This document shows, one piece after another, positions 38,349 through 50,070 of a stretch of 64,000 nucleotides of DNA. The notes below the pieces were generated by a model, which saw nothing but the letters and a program-made list of their open reading frames with translations, did not search any database and was not told the DNA's origin. The translations under genes were made by a program, and so were the position numbers. The stretch lies in contig NC_043002.1 in the NCBI RefSeq assembly GCF_006345805.1, forward strand, positions 60,140,001 to 60,204,000. Reading direction: 5' to 3'. The stretch is from Octopus sinensis (lineage: Eukaryota). Numbering within the stretch: the first letter of the stretch is position 1; each line of letters starts with the position of its first letter.

Positions 38349-39475
38349 ATAGTATCTATATAATCATATCTATTATATAGGAAACTTAGAGACTAGCGGA
38401 TGTTACCACTGCACGGAAACAATTGTTGTGATTTGGATTTAAAATTTGTTCATTCTGTTTTCATTAATTATAGATAATTATGTCTATGCGTTTGGGTGTG
38501 TGTGTGTGAGTGTGTATGTGTGAGTGTGTGCATATGTGTGTGTCTTTGTGTGTTTGTATAGATGAGGAACTTCGTTTCTTTCAAACGTTATCTTACAACA
38601 TTAATTAATTCGATTCTTATCCATTTATCAATTGACATGTCTTCTTCTTCACTTGCTGTGTTTACTTTGCAAAAAAACGTTATCTTAAAAGCATTGTTTG
38701 ATTACATTCTCAATGTCATTTTCTGTCTGGAACAATGACTTTCGCATAGCTTGGCACAGCTCTTAAACTTGACAAATATAGACTATGGGCACACGATTGT
38801 ATTTAATTGAAATGAGATTAAATAGTGTTTAATTTTATAATATACGCCTTACTTGTGATATATTTTAGGGATACCTGATATTTTAGGGGGCTAGAAGGGT
38901 TGTTTACTTTTAATCAAAGCTTGTATTTCATTGTCCAGTATTTTTCGTAACATTTTATTTAACACTTTTGTATTTAATTATGAGTGTATTGCAGTATCAA
39001 TCAAACTGAAATGTGAACTGAGATTTGAAGCAGTTTCATATCTTTTATTTCATGAGCTATACGAATAAATTTCTATCAATATCTTTAATTAGTTAGCTGG
39101 ACACATAACTTTACACCGAAGACACAGAGAAAGAAAATCTTACACACAAGCTCGCTGAGGCTCAATCAAAGAGACCAACTGCTTTCATATTCTCACACAC
39201 TAACTCACAGACAGAGACACATATGCACATTCATTGGTATGATTTCGTCATTGACGTACAATCGTACTCGATCACCAGCCTAATATTGTTTTTGGTAAAG
39301 TCTCGTAATTATCCGTCAGAACATTTGGCCGTACCGCTAGGTTACGGAGACAAGTAAACTAACACCATTTGTCAAATTAGAAGGGGACGACAAAGAAAAC
39401 AAGCAAACAAAAAAAGAAACTTGCGTGTGTGATCCCCCCATATATGTGTGTGTGTGTATATATAATTTAAAATTA

Positions 39476-39868
39476 GGCGCAGGAATGGCTGTGTGGTAAG
39501 TAGCTTGTTTACAAATCACATGGTTCCGGGTTCAGTCCCACTGCGTAGCACCTTGGGCAAGTGTCTTCTACTATAGCCTCGGGTCAACCAAAGCCTTGAG
39601 AGTGGATTTGGTAGACGGAAACTGAAAGAAGCCGATCGTATATATGGGTATATATGTATATATGTGTGTGTTTGTGTGTCTGTGTTTGTCCCCCCAACAT
39701 CACTTGACAACCGATGGTGGTGTTTTCGACCCCGTAACTGGGCGGTTCAGCAAAAGTGTTCGATAGAATAAGTACTAGGGTTACAAGGAATAAGTCCTGG
39801 GGTCGATTTGTTCGACTAAAAGAGGTGCTCTAGCATGTCCGCAGTCAAATAACTGAAACACAAAAGAA
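39476..39868 (+). mobile_element. SINE family A
   Basis: Collinear with 37886-38348. Confidence 0.88.
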
Positions 39869-39902
39869 AAATCTATCAAATTTTCTCTTAAATATATTTA
39901 TT

Positions 39903-40065
39903 TATATTATATTGAGGGCATTTCTATACATAAATGCCACCCGCTTGGAGGGTCTCTTAAAATCAAAACTACGAAAATAAATATTTATTTATTTTGGTAG
40001 TTTTGATTTTAAGAGTCCTTCCTAGCATGAGGCATTAATGTATAGTAATGCCCTCATATAATATA
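39903..40065. mobile_element. Hairpin MITE-like element (~160 bp)
   Basis: tgagggcatt.ctatacat.aatgcc...ctcttaaaatcaaaactac.aaaataaat arm is mirrored with a very short loop; TA-rich flanks. Confidence 0.7.
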
Positions 40066-40155
<90 letters not shown>

Positions 40156-40161
<6 letters not shown>

Positions 40162-40307
40162 TATTCTAGACAAAACCACTATTTTGCAAAACAAACAAGG
40201 AAAGACTAATTAATACATAAAATTTTAATAAATAGTCAAAAAACCGCCACTACAATCGTTTTTGTCTTGATCGACAATCTTCAGGTGGACTTCCAATAAT
40301 TCAGTGT

Positions 40308-40310
<3 letters not shown>
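40156..40310 (-). mobile_element. Solo pLTR-like fragment between (TA)n arrays with decayed hammerhead (40247-40288)
   Basis: CCAC-CTGAAGA-TTGTC-gatcaa-GACAA-aaac-GATT-GTA-GTGG; G12 lost, stem III ACGATTGT is a CpG-decayed palindrome. Confidence 0.55.
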
Positions 40311-40394
<84 letters not shown>

Positions 40395-40713
40395 TATACA
40401 CACATATATATATATGGACGGAAAAAACAAGGACTGAAAGAAAAACGGAAAATGTTACACAAATACAATAAAAATAATAGCAATACATAACAACAGATGT
40501 CTTTCGACTAAGGACGAATTAAATTAAGCTGGCGTGTGTGGAAATGAAGCCTTACGGCATGGATACAAGATTTCACAGATGGAGGGAGGAATATATGTAT
40601 ATATATATATATATAAGATGAGAGAAAGGAGAGGTAATTAATGAATTATTATATATTTATCACGCAGATGTACTTGCATAGCAAGTGACCTGATCTAAGA
40701 TCGTGCGCTGAAA

Positions 40714-40995
40714 CAAAAGCAATTGCATCGTAGAAGGTGTTTATAAGCCATTTATAAACATACAAAATCGTTAGATTCACTTCAACATTTAAATTTAATT
40801 TGCCATAATATTTTCATCGCTTTCAGATCGCGAGCTGATCACTGTCAAAATTGATGAGATCACTGACAGTGATCAGGCCACGGTCTCAAAGCGACGAAAA
40901 TATTTCGGCAATTTATATTTAGATATGGAAATGAATCGAAATGTTTTTGTGCGTTTTTAAATGACTTATAACCACCTACGCTGCGATTGTTTTTG
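40714..40995. mobile_element. Diverged hairpin MITE-like element (~280 bp)
   Basis: Arms converge on CTGATCACTGTCA (40835-40847) / TGACAGTGATCAG (40864-40876); homology extends ~130 bp outward. Confidence 0.7.
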
Positions 40996-41344
40996 TGTAT
41001 ATTTATTTATTAGAAATGAACAAACATCACTTACAGCTGTTTGAATTCAGGCTCTTAGAAAATTAATTAATTAAATGAAAAATTACTTGAAAGTCAAATC
41101 TCTACAGAGGTAGATAAAGTTATACAATGTACTTTCATAGGATTTTGCTATCCCTGAATAAGATTTATAAACTTTAACTGTGCTTATAAACAGGTTTATT
41201 CAAAAACAAAGAGCAGGTTTTAAATTTACTTTTAAAACAAACGGTAAAAGAATCAAACATATTCTACATACTTCTTGATAGGGGAAGTTTTAAAACTTAT
41301 TTTAAGGTAGTATGCACTCAACATGAACACCATAACCACCATGA

Positions 41345-41495
41345 ACTCCGGTGCTTTTTCCTTTACAAATGTGAAATTTTCATGCCATTCATAAATTTTC
41401 TTGTGACGAGGTGGATTTTTTTGAATTGCCGGCGAAATTCACGTTGCACTTGCACAATCGATTCTCATTTCTTAAACTGAAGTACACATAAAAAT
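41345..41495 (-). pseudogene. Tc1/mariner-type transposase N-terminal HTH relic
   Basis: Manual translation CVLQFKK*ESIVQVQREFRRQFKKNPPRHKKIYEWHENF, then CKGKSTG after a frameshift. Confidence 0.65.
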
Positions 41496-41559
41496 ACAAT
41501 AAGATTTAAGTATCGTTTCATTTCCTTGACATAAATATATCCAAAATCACAACAGGTCC

Positions 41560-41720
41560 CAAGGACGGGACGCTAGCCCGACACAGGCTTGTTCACCTCC
41601 AGTTGAGTGGAGTACTCTAACGTGAATCGAAGTTTTATGCTCAAGAACTCAACACAGCCGGGAATAGAAACAACGAATTTGTGATTATAACAGTTACATC
41701 CCGATCACTAATCCTCGTGA
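41560..41720 (-). mobile_element. Degenerate SINE family D
   Basis: Reverse complement ..attcccggctgtgttgagttcttgagca..ttcacgtt..tccactcaactg; related to ~49200-49480. Confidence 0.45.
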
Positions 41721-43239
41721 CACCGCATGATATTCATAAATATATGAAAATAAACTTTATGATAATAATTAAAGGTTATCCTTAAATGAAACAATATGAA
41801 CAATAAAGTTGAGTTTAATGAGTTGCAACATAAAAAATACAAAATGAGTCACCATTTTCCCTTAATGATACATAATATTTTGAATTCAAAATAGTGCGAT
41901 CAATATTATGTTTGTTGTCTTTGTATTACAATTTTTGTTTAGGTAAAAAAATAAACAGAAAAAACTATTTTCAAAATTATAGTTGTATTGTATTTGCTTC
42001 AACTAAGATATAGCTAATCATTTAATTACAGCACTCTAAACATAGCTAAGTTACTGAAGCAGAGAATAAAATATAATCATTGAAAAGCAGGAAAAAAATA
42101 GAAACAAATGTAACATATGTGTAATGCAAGAGAGAAAGAAAAAAATTACAATAGAAATGGCGTACAATTCTACTTGTAATTTGTACGTGTTTTTATATCT
42201 TCGTTTCAAATTCAGTGATGGCCTTCCTGCTAAATAAGTCGACATTATAATAATTATATATATTATCGACTAAAATACAATTTCAATAAAATTAAAGAGA
42301 CACATAAATGATATATTTATTTGTCCGTCCAGTTTTACATTTTTTCTATTTTTCGAAGAATGATAATAGTAATATACCATCATGTCACAGTATTCTAATA
42401 TGGCTGCGGTAACCTGATATTGTCGAATACATTTTTAATCATGCAAGCTATACATACATCAAGAGCAGTTTGATGCATGATACTTAATACCTCCCTTTCC
42501 CAAGAAAACCCTAGAGAAATCTAAGCTAATCAATGCATATAATTCATCTGCTAACACAGTTCTTATCCTGCGGTCTTGTGATCCCTGGAATTTGTTAAGT
42601 TGTAAACCATTTTAAATCGTCCGGGAAATGACACTTGTCATGGGATATTTAAAAAAGTTGTTTCCTGATGATTCCATTTACACGCTTTATATTATTATTA
42701 TTATCACTTACCAGAAAACATTCTTTTTTGTTTTGTTTTTATTCTGAAGCTTGCTTAATTCAATTTTGTTTGAAACAACGTGTTTATTATGATTCTTTCA
42801 GGATTCTAGGTTTAAACAGTTACATTCATACGTCACACATCCCACGAATGTTTTCTTTTTATTTCTATATAAGAACACGTTTTCCTTTGTTCTCCGTTTA
42901 ATTTTCTTTTATCTTCCCTTTATTTGAATATCAATTAACATAAACTCAATGAAGTATAGAGAGGATTTCTGAAACCCTGATTCTTGCAACATAGTTTTCT
43001 TTTACTTTTGTTTTTACTTATTCTAGTCATTAGACTGCGGCCAGGCTGGAACACCGCCTTGAAGATCTGTCAGACAGACGAATCGAACGAAGATATTGTT
43101 TTTTAAAGCCTGTAATTTTTCTATTGGTTTCTTTTGCCGAACCGCTATGATAACTGGGCGTAAACAAACGAAATTTGGTGTGCGAAAAACATAAAGATAA
43201 CGACATACATACACACACACGCATGCGCATATATATGGA

Positions 43240-43326
<87 letters not shown>

Positions 43327-43801
43327 CATAAATCTCTGAGCAAGGTATAAACAGTAGCTGCACGACATCGTGAAGCATATTTGCCACCTAAATGTGACTA
43401 ACCCTTAAGGGTTGATACTACTGTAGCTTGTAGCCCCAGGAACACATCTCCAGCTAGCTATTCACTCACTATCTGTGCTCTATCGGTATTTGCAAAGGGA
43501 AGTCATCGTTCCCATCTGCAGCCTGACGTGATGCACACGGACCCGAGTTTCTGCTTATTGACCCGTTATCAGCGTGTGACAACCAGCGGTTGCCGATGGG
43601 AAGTGATTCTCAATGTAAATATATATACTTTCTCCATTGACGAAAAGTCACTGATCTTGAAAAAGTGGAAACAAGCAATAATAAATTTCTGAGTGAGTTA
43701 TAAACAGTAGCCGCACGACATCGTGAAGTATATTTGTCACTTAATGTGACTAACCCATAAGGGTTGATGCTACTGTAGATTGTAGCCCCAGAAAGACATC
43801 T
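43327..43801 (-). mobile_element. Non-coding ~1.3-mer of a 353-bp unit with hammerhead and four-way-junction fold
   Basis: Direct repeats 43335-43449 / 43688-43801; hammerhead 43534-43578; (TA)n on both sides. Confidence 0.75.
43534..43578 (-). ncRNA. Type I hammerhead motif with G8A core change
   Basis: CACACG-CTGATAA-cgggtcaataagca-GAAAC-TCGG-GTC-CGTGTG; 6-bp stem I, GUC triplet, weak stem II. Confidence 0.6.
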
Positions 43802-44129
43802 GTATATATATATATATGTATCTAAGATATGATGGGCTTCTTTCAGGTTCAATCTGTCAGATCAACTCAAATGGCTTTGGTTGGCGTGAGGCTATAGAAG
43901 AAAACACTTGCCCAAGGTGCCAAGCAGTGGTACTGAATCAGGAACCATATTGTTGGGAAACAAATTTCTTGCCACCCAGCCATCCATGCGGCTGTGTATA
44001 CCTCGCCTGCACCTTAATAACATTCCTGCGACTTGGTTCCCCTCCTGCGCCTATATGTCAAATTAGTTGAGAAAAATTTAGGAAAACTGCTGAGGTGTTA
44101 TGTTGGAGTTGCTGCCGATCTATAATAAG

Positions 44130-44325
44130 GTAGGCAGCTGACAAGTATCGTTGGGCAGAATACCGAATGGTGAACCTTCTACCTTTTGAATACGTGAGCT
44201 CCAATTCCACCGCACTCGACTTTTCCTTTCATCGATAACACAAGTATCAGTAAAACAATGGCGTCGGTGTAATCTACTAATTGCCTCCCCTAAAATTTCA
44301 GGCCTTGTGCCTTGATTAGAAAGGT
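44130..44325 (+). mobile_element. Degenerate SINE family B with (ATT)n tail
   Basis: ctttcatcgataa..aagtatcag..aaaatttcaggccttgtgcctt..agaaagg. Confidence 0.6.
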
Positions 44326-44346
44326 TTATCATTATTATTATTATTA

Positions 44347-44525
44347 TTACCTCCTTCTTAGCGAAGACGGAGGTATTGTTTTCAGTCGTGTTTGTCTGTG
44401 GACAAGATATCTCAAGAACCGCTGGATGGATTCGGATGAAACTTTCAGGGTTGTTTGGCCTTGTGACTGGCACGACGAACTGATTAGATTTGGGGACTGA
44501 TCAGGTACAGGACTAGGATGCTGTA
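44347..44525 (+). mobile_element. Helentron/HINE-like non-autonomous element 5' portion
   Basis: TTA-CCTCC..tctt-agcg-aaga..GGAGG terminal stem-loop followed by GT-rich gtttgtctgtg and gatggatt..atgaaact; recalled architecture of DINE-1-like elements. Confidence 0.45.
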
Positions 44526-44762
44526 TCATTTGTTACATTTAATTTACGTGATTACGATCTTAAGTTCACTTTCAAGTCTTTCTTAATTACCTCTCTTTAG
44601 GCTGTTTCCAAAGTTTTATTTTCGTTTCACTATTATAAATTTTACTCCCTTCTCGATCTTAGTAGAAACTGATGGATAAAGAATTAAGCAACATAAACAA
44701 ACGACAGCAAAAACCATTCTGAATTGAATAGCACTAACATACTTTTATGATATATTATCATA

Positions 44763-44845
<83 letters not shown>

Positions 44846-45249
44846 TATACATACCTATTAACAGTTTACAGTATACTTACATATATACATCTATACATCG
44901 ATCTAAAACAACATGAATACTAAAGGATGGCTAGAATTTAAGAAAAGAGAAAACCTAAAGTTCTCATGGTATTCATTTAAAAATTCCTCAGTAGAACTTA
45001 ATATTATCAGTTCCGCCTTTGAAACTATTTTGAATGGTGCATTTCTTAACTTTGGCCTGTCTAAGATAAGGATAAAATATTTATTACAAAATTTTCTCCA
45101 ACCACCTTTACATTTCATGACTTCCTTAAGAGATTCCATCTGGTACCAGAGAAGGATTCTGGATTGTTTTTTCCGTTTTTATTTTTATTTAATTTTGAGA
45201 GCAGTCGAGTTTATTTCAAATATTCTCATTTTTAAAATCATCTTAGGGT

Positions 45250-46222
45250 AATCATTGAGAGGACGTTGATGTTGTCTTCGCGGAAGTTTGCACTCTCTGA
45301 GTGCTTTTGTTATTTTTACTTTTAATCTGCATTTTTATTACAGTCACTGCCAAGACACACCTAGCGTCCTGGGGTGAGTGAAGACTAAGAGATGTTACAC
45401 TATAACAGAACGCTTGGGAAGGGGTGTAGCGAAATATCTTCATGTAATACAACGCAGACATTTTATTGGAAAGGGTTTTTGTAAGGATGTAGGCAGTACT
45501 TGTTAACACAATCTTTTTATATTTCTCTGAGACATGGTTCTCCTGGGAACTTATCTAGATGTTTCTGACATCCCTTTTTATCATACCTAGGGCACCAACA
45601 ACAACAAGAACAGTTCTCGTTTTAAGATGTCACATATCTTTTATTTCAATTTCCAGTCCATTATATTTACTAAGTTTGTCACATTCTTTGACAGATATGT
45701 TTTTATCAGGAGGAACACATTTATTAGTGTACAAGTATTTTCATTCCTGTCTTTAATAATAATGTCTAGTCGATTAGCCTGGATGGTTCTGTCAGTGTTG
45801 ACTGGAAAGTCCTAATGGATAGTGACATCTTTTTCTTCAACGACTGGCTGAGGACGATGTTTGTACCAGTAAGTAGGAGTGCTGATTTTGTAGCGTTTAC
45901 ATATTTTCCAATATAAATACTGTCCTACCCTATCGTGTCGACATTTATATTTGTTTGTCAGTACAGGACATCTCGAGACGGGATGGTCTGTTGTTTCATC
46001 AAATGTGTCGCAGAATCTGCATTTAGGGTCAGAACTGTTTTGAAGGACACTAGCCAGGTAGTTTTTTTTTTTGAGCAAGCATTGGTATTGTGCCGCCAAT
46101 CAGAAAGCTTCAGTCTCTGCTTTCGGTCCTGAACTTCTCAACCCCTCATAGGTTGTTTCTTGATCTACATCAGCATTTCGACTTCGAAGTATACACTATC
46201 CATGCAGAGGCTTCTGGTTCCA
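45250..46222 (-). mobile_element. R4/Dong-type non-LTR element 3' fragment (CCHC knuckle plus restriction-like endonuclease)
   Basis: ORF 45812..46099: CRFCDTFDETTDHPVSRC, RHDRVGQYLYW; downstream frames WDFPV.TDRTIQANRLD and VVVGALG...TAYIL; upstream end at an (ATT)n tract. Confidence 0.8.
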
Positions 46223-46261
46223 TCGCTCCTCATTACTATTATTATTATAATCATTATTATT

Positions 46262-46770
46262 TCTTTTTATCGCAGGTTTTTTGCAACTCCTGGAGTTTTG
46301 CATGCGTAGCGGACTTACTACCTGCAGCCTACGGTACCATGCTATCCGTTCGTTTCAGCTATCCTGATTGTTTTGACCAAGACAAGGCGGCAAAACTTTT
46401 GTAACCGTTCTACTAGAGACACTATCACAATTTCCTTGATATTCTTCTTGATGCCTTCTCATACCGTCCTCAAGTAGCCAACAATAATCGGCACTGTCGT
46501 CACCTTCTTCATTTTCCATAGCCGGGCTCTTTCGTCTATTTTTCCGCCCTCCTTCTTGACCATTCGTGGGTCAATGGGACTTGCAACATCAACTATATAC
46601 CATATGTGATGCATCTTGTCCCCCACCACTACGTCCGTCTGTTGTGCTCTAGCACCTGGGGTGTTTGGATAGAGAAATCACAATGGATTTTGCTAGTTTC
46701 CGACTCCGCCACTCTCTGCGGTTTGTGATCACACCCGTATAACCTCTCTCTAGACCTCACTTTTCGCTCA
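46262..46770 (-). mobile_element. Second R4/Dong-type RLE 3' fragment
   Basis: HKPQRVAESETSKIHCDFSIQT, VDVASPIDPRMVKKE and TVPIIVG in shifted frames; 3' end abuts the (ATT)n at 46223-46260. Confidence 0.65.
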
Positions 46771-46781
46771 GTCTCCAATGT

Positions 46782-46900
46782 GAGGCAGCGAGATGGTAGA
46801 GCCGTTAGCATGCCGTACAAAATTCGTTGAGGTATTTTGCCCGGCTTTACGTTCTTATTTAAAATTCCTCCGATGTCCACTTTCAACCTAAAATAAGCAT
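46782..46900 (+). mobile_element. SINE family B head fragment
   Basis: aggcagcgagatggtagagccgttagcatgccg..ggtatttt..tttacgttct. Confidence 0.55.
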
Positions 46901-48209
46901 CACTTGAGCTCTTGGGTTTGAAATAATCAACTAGCTCATGAAAATTGCTGGCCCTTTCTCCAAATATTGGAAAGAATTACTTTGATTATAATGAACTTTC
47001 TACTGCAGAGATACCTGTCACATAACCAGATTTCACCTGCTGCATATAATAAAATAGTTTTCGGATATTGTTGTTGCTATTTACGGCTAGGCTAACTAGG
47101 CTATTGTATGCAATGCGTCTTGTCTGAATAAAAAAGAAACACAACAACCAGGCTATAGTAATAACATAATAGAAATTCCATCGATTTTCTGACTTTTTGT
47201 CTATTGCGCCATCTTCTCTGCCAATCTCGGCTATAAACTATAGCTTAGAATAAAATTGTTAAAAACAAACTGCGGTAGTTATCATTTCTATTGTTCCATA
47301 ATATCGAATTAATCTAAAGTCTCGAATAATTTCCTTCTATAAGCCGTAGACCTTTTCCAGTATAAGCCAATAAAGTGGCTAAGTTAATAATCGGGGTACC
47401 ATATGAATTCCCCAACCGATAATTTGATAAAGCGTACAATCGTTTCCACGGCACTTCGATATCTTGAATGTAAAGTTGCATTATTGGATCGTTCTGTTAA
47501 AGTTGACTGTAAGTGGGCACTCCACAAGTATATTAAACTGTGTTGACAATGGGATTTGTGAACAAGCTGCCAAATAACCTGTAGCTTTAGGGGAATGTTT
47601 CGCACAGGAAATCTCGAAAGAAGACTTTGACATATAACATTGCTACCTGCTTGACATATATACAAAAAGAATATAGCAATTGCTTGTATACCCTTGGCAT
47701 TATATTAAATAATATTATATATTTCTTTTAAGTTATACGTCAGCATTTCTACAACTAAGCCATAAAAAATTCTACTTCTAATGAGTGGTTATCAATGGTT
47801 AACTCATATAAATTAAGAAACTACGGATTCGATGTATTATATATAACAGTATTTGGATATATAATAAATGTTGATTTGTATTAATAATATCTTAGGATAC
47901 GAGCATAAAACCAAATCAATTTAATCTAGAAATTTTGCAGGCTTTCATCTTCACAACTAAACTATTATTCTACAACTGCAATATTGGTTTACTTTTTATG
48001 TGTATAATCGATTATGTCACGCTGTGTAGCAGAATGTACAGTTAACTGTTCATGACTATCTTTGAAGCTGAAAAAAGCATGCAGTATAATGAATGACTAC
48101 CTACTATGTTTTCAGGAATACAGTAACCAACAACGATCATATAGAATAATGTCATATTCACTCATATAATATAGCGTGTAGTATTGTCTTATAACAGAGC
48201 ATTACGTTT

Positions 48210-49065
48210 AGTACCAGCTTGGGGACCAACAAGCTGACGAAGACCACAAAAATGAAGATTTACTAGGCATGTGTACTTAGCACTCTACTGTATCTGAGTG
48301 AGAGCTACACACGCCATACACACGCCAAGAACGTCGCCTAAATATCTTTTACCTCCGCTGTTTCGGGAAAATGCTTGGCATGAAATGGCAGGATCGTGTC
48401 CCCAACAAAGGTGTCCTCAAGCAAGCAGGAATACCAAGCATGCTTGCACTCCTCACATGAATACGTATGAGATGGCTCGGACGTTTTAGTCGTATGGAAA
48501 ATGGCAGAATCCCCAAGGACATAATCTACGGAGAGCTTGCTAGGGGCACTAGGTCAGTTGGAGGACCGTTCTTACATTACAATGATGTCTGAAAAAGGGA
48601 CATGAAAGCATGCTGTTGTGTGGACGTCCCAGACGATGAAGTAGGCTAGCCCAATTCGTATATATAGTGGGAGAAGCCTAGGCGTCAGATTTCAGACTAG
48701 AGCAGAGTAGCGATGAGAGTTGAGTAGAAGGCATCCGAACGTGTGACATCAATATTAGCAGCTAGGAAGAGGTTGCCAGCCACTGTGGAGATTGGCTATG
48801 CATGATAGAAGAGGCAAGACAAAAGAGTGACAGAAGGAGAGAGGAGAAATGGAAAGACAGGTTAAGACGACAACAAGAAACTATGACATTACAACCAGCC
48901 AGGCAAAGTCTTTGCTACCCCTGCGTCACCTGCCAGAGGGAGTGTTTGTCCAGGATAGGACTACGCAACCACAGCAGGAGATGTATAAGGACATGAAATG
49001 TAAAGGCCAGACTAGATTATTTTATGCGCAACTCCATTGTCTCTCGAGACAAAAGTATAACAACA
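48210..49065 (+). mobile_element. RTE-clade LINE 3' fragment with C-terminal C2H2-like finger, interrupted by a 128-bp insertion
   Basis: Shifted frames give KMKIY*ACVLSTLLY, LRCFGKMLGMKWQDRVPN, RWLG..RMENGRIPKDIIYGEL and KRDMKAC; then CVTCQRECLSRIGLRNHSRRC; 3' UTR ccattgtctctcgagac. Confidence 0.85.
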
Positions 49066-49199
49066 ATTGTCTTATAAATATGCAAAAAATGTGAATTGTA
49101 GTTCTCAACATTGATAACAGGGTGGACTCATTTACAACTGGGTGGGGCAATTTCAAACCAACATTAATTACTACTCTATGATGTATATGTCCTTAACTT

Positions 49200-49480
49200 A
49201 AACTTGGCTAAGTTGGGGACTTGTACATCAACTATAACCCGGTATCAATGGCATATAAGGGATTTAAATTACAACACTACACTTTGAACGGGGCGTCGGT
49301 CCTTCGCAGGTTTAACTTCCCACAAATTGCAGGAAATTATTTACAACTGGCTGAATTAGAACAACGTGAAATGAATTGTTTGTTCCGAAATCCAACGCAC
49401 CGTCCTGTCCTGAACGCGATACGACTATCTTACGAGATCAAGACCTCGACACCCAATCCCTTAGGCCATGTGCTTTCGTT
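49200..49480 (-). mobile_element. Degenerate SINE family D (tRNA head, CORE/V-like core)
   Basis: Minus strand gcacatggcctaagggattggg..ttcatttcacgttgttc..cctgcgaaggaccgacgccccgttca. Confidence 0.5.
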
Positions 49481-49609
49481 GTACATATACACACTTTTGA
49501 TGTTTTGTTGCTTCAGTCAGCCGAGGAAGCAGGGAATATTTTTATACCCGTCTTGTTAGCTTGTATACATAGTATACATTATATACTTGTATACATTGAT
49601 GATAGTAAA

Positions 49610-49764
49610 GAGTGGCTGTGTGGTAAGTAGCTTGCTTACCAACCACATGGTTCCGGGTTCAGTCCCACTGCGTGGCACCTTGGGTAAGTGTCTTCTACTA
49701 TAGCCTCGGGCCGACCAAAGCCTTGTGTGTGGACTTGGTAGACGGAAACTAAAAACAGCCCGTC

Positions 49765-49845
<81 letters not shown>

Positions 49846-50070
49846 GTGTGTGTGTGTGTGTATTTGTGTGTCTGTGTTTTTCCCCCCAACATCGCTTGAC
49901 AAGCGAAGCGGGTGTGTTTAGGTCCCAGTGACCTAGCGGTTCGGCAAAAGAGAGCGATATAATATGTACTAGGCTTACAAAGAATAAGTCCTGGGGTCGA
50001 TTTGTTCGACTAAAGGCGGTGCTCCAGCATGACCGCAATCAAATGACTGAAACAAGTAAAAGAGTAAAAG
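49610..50070 (+). mobile_element. SINE family A
   Basis: Collinear with 37886-38348; long internal (TA)n(TG)n. Confidence 0.88.

Larger units (their letters stand above)
43020..43995 (-). mobile_element. SINE family A copy split by the 353-bp-unit element
   Basis: 3' half at ~43020-43235 and 5' half at ~43820-43995 are collinear on the minus strand; the insertion lies in the internal (TA)n. Confidence 0.75.

Noticed and set aside
41020-41070. CAAAACAGCTGTAAG stem III-like relic on the minus strand
   Set aside because: Core and stem II are unrecognisable; not counted.
43760-43800. Possible HDV-like ribozyme at GGGTTGATGCTAC...GTAGCCCCAG
   Set aside because: No P1/P2/P1.1 nested pseudoknot could be assembled on either strand.
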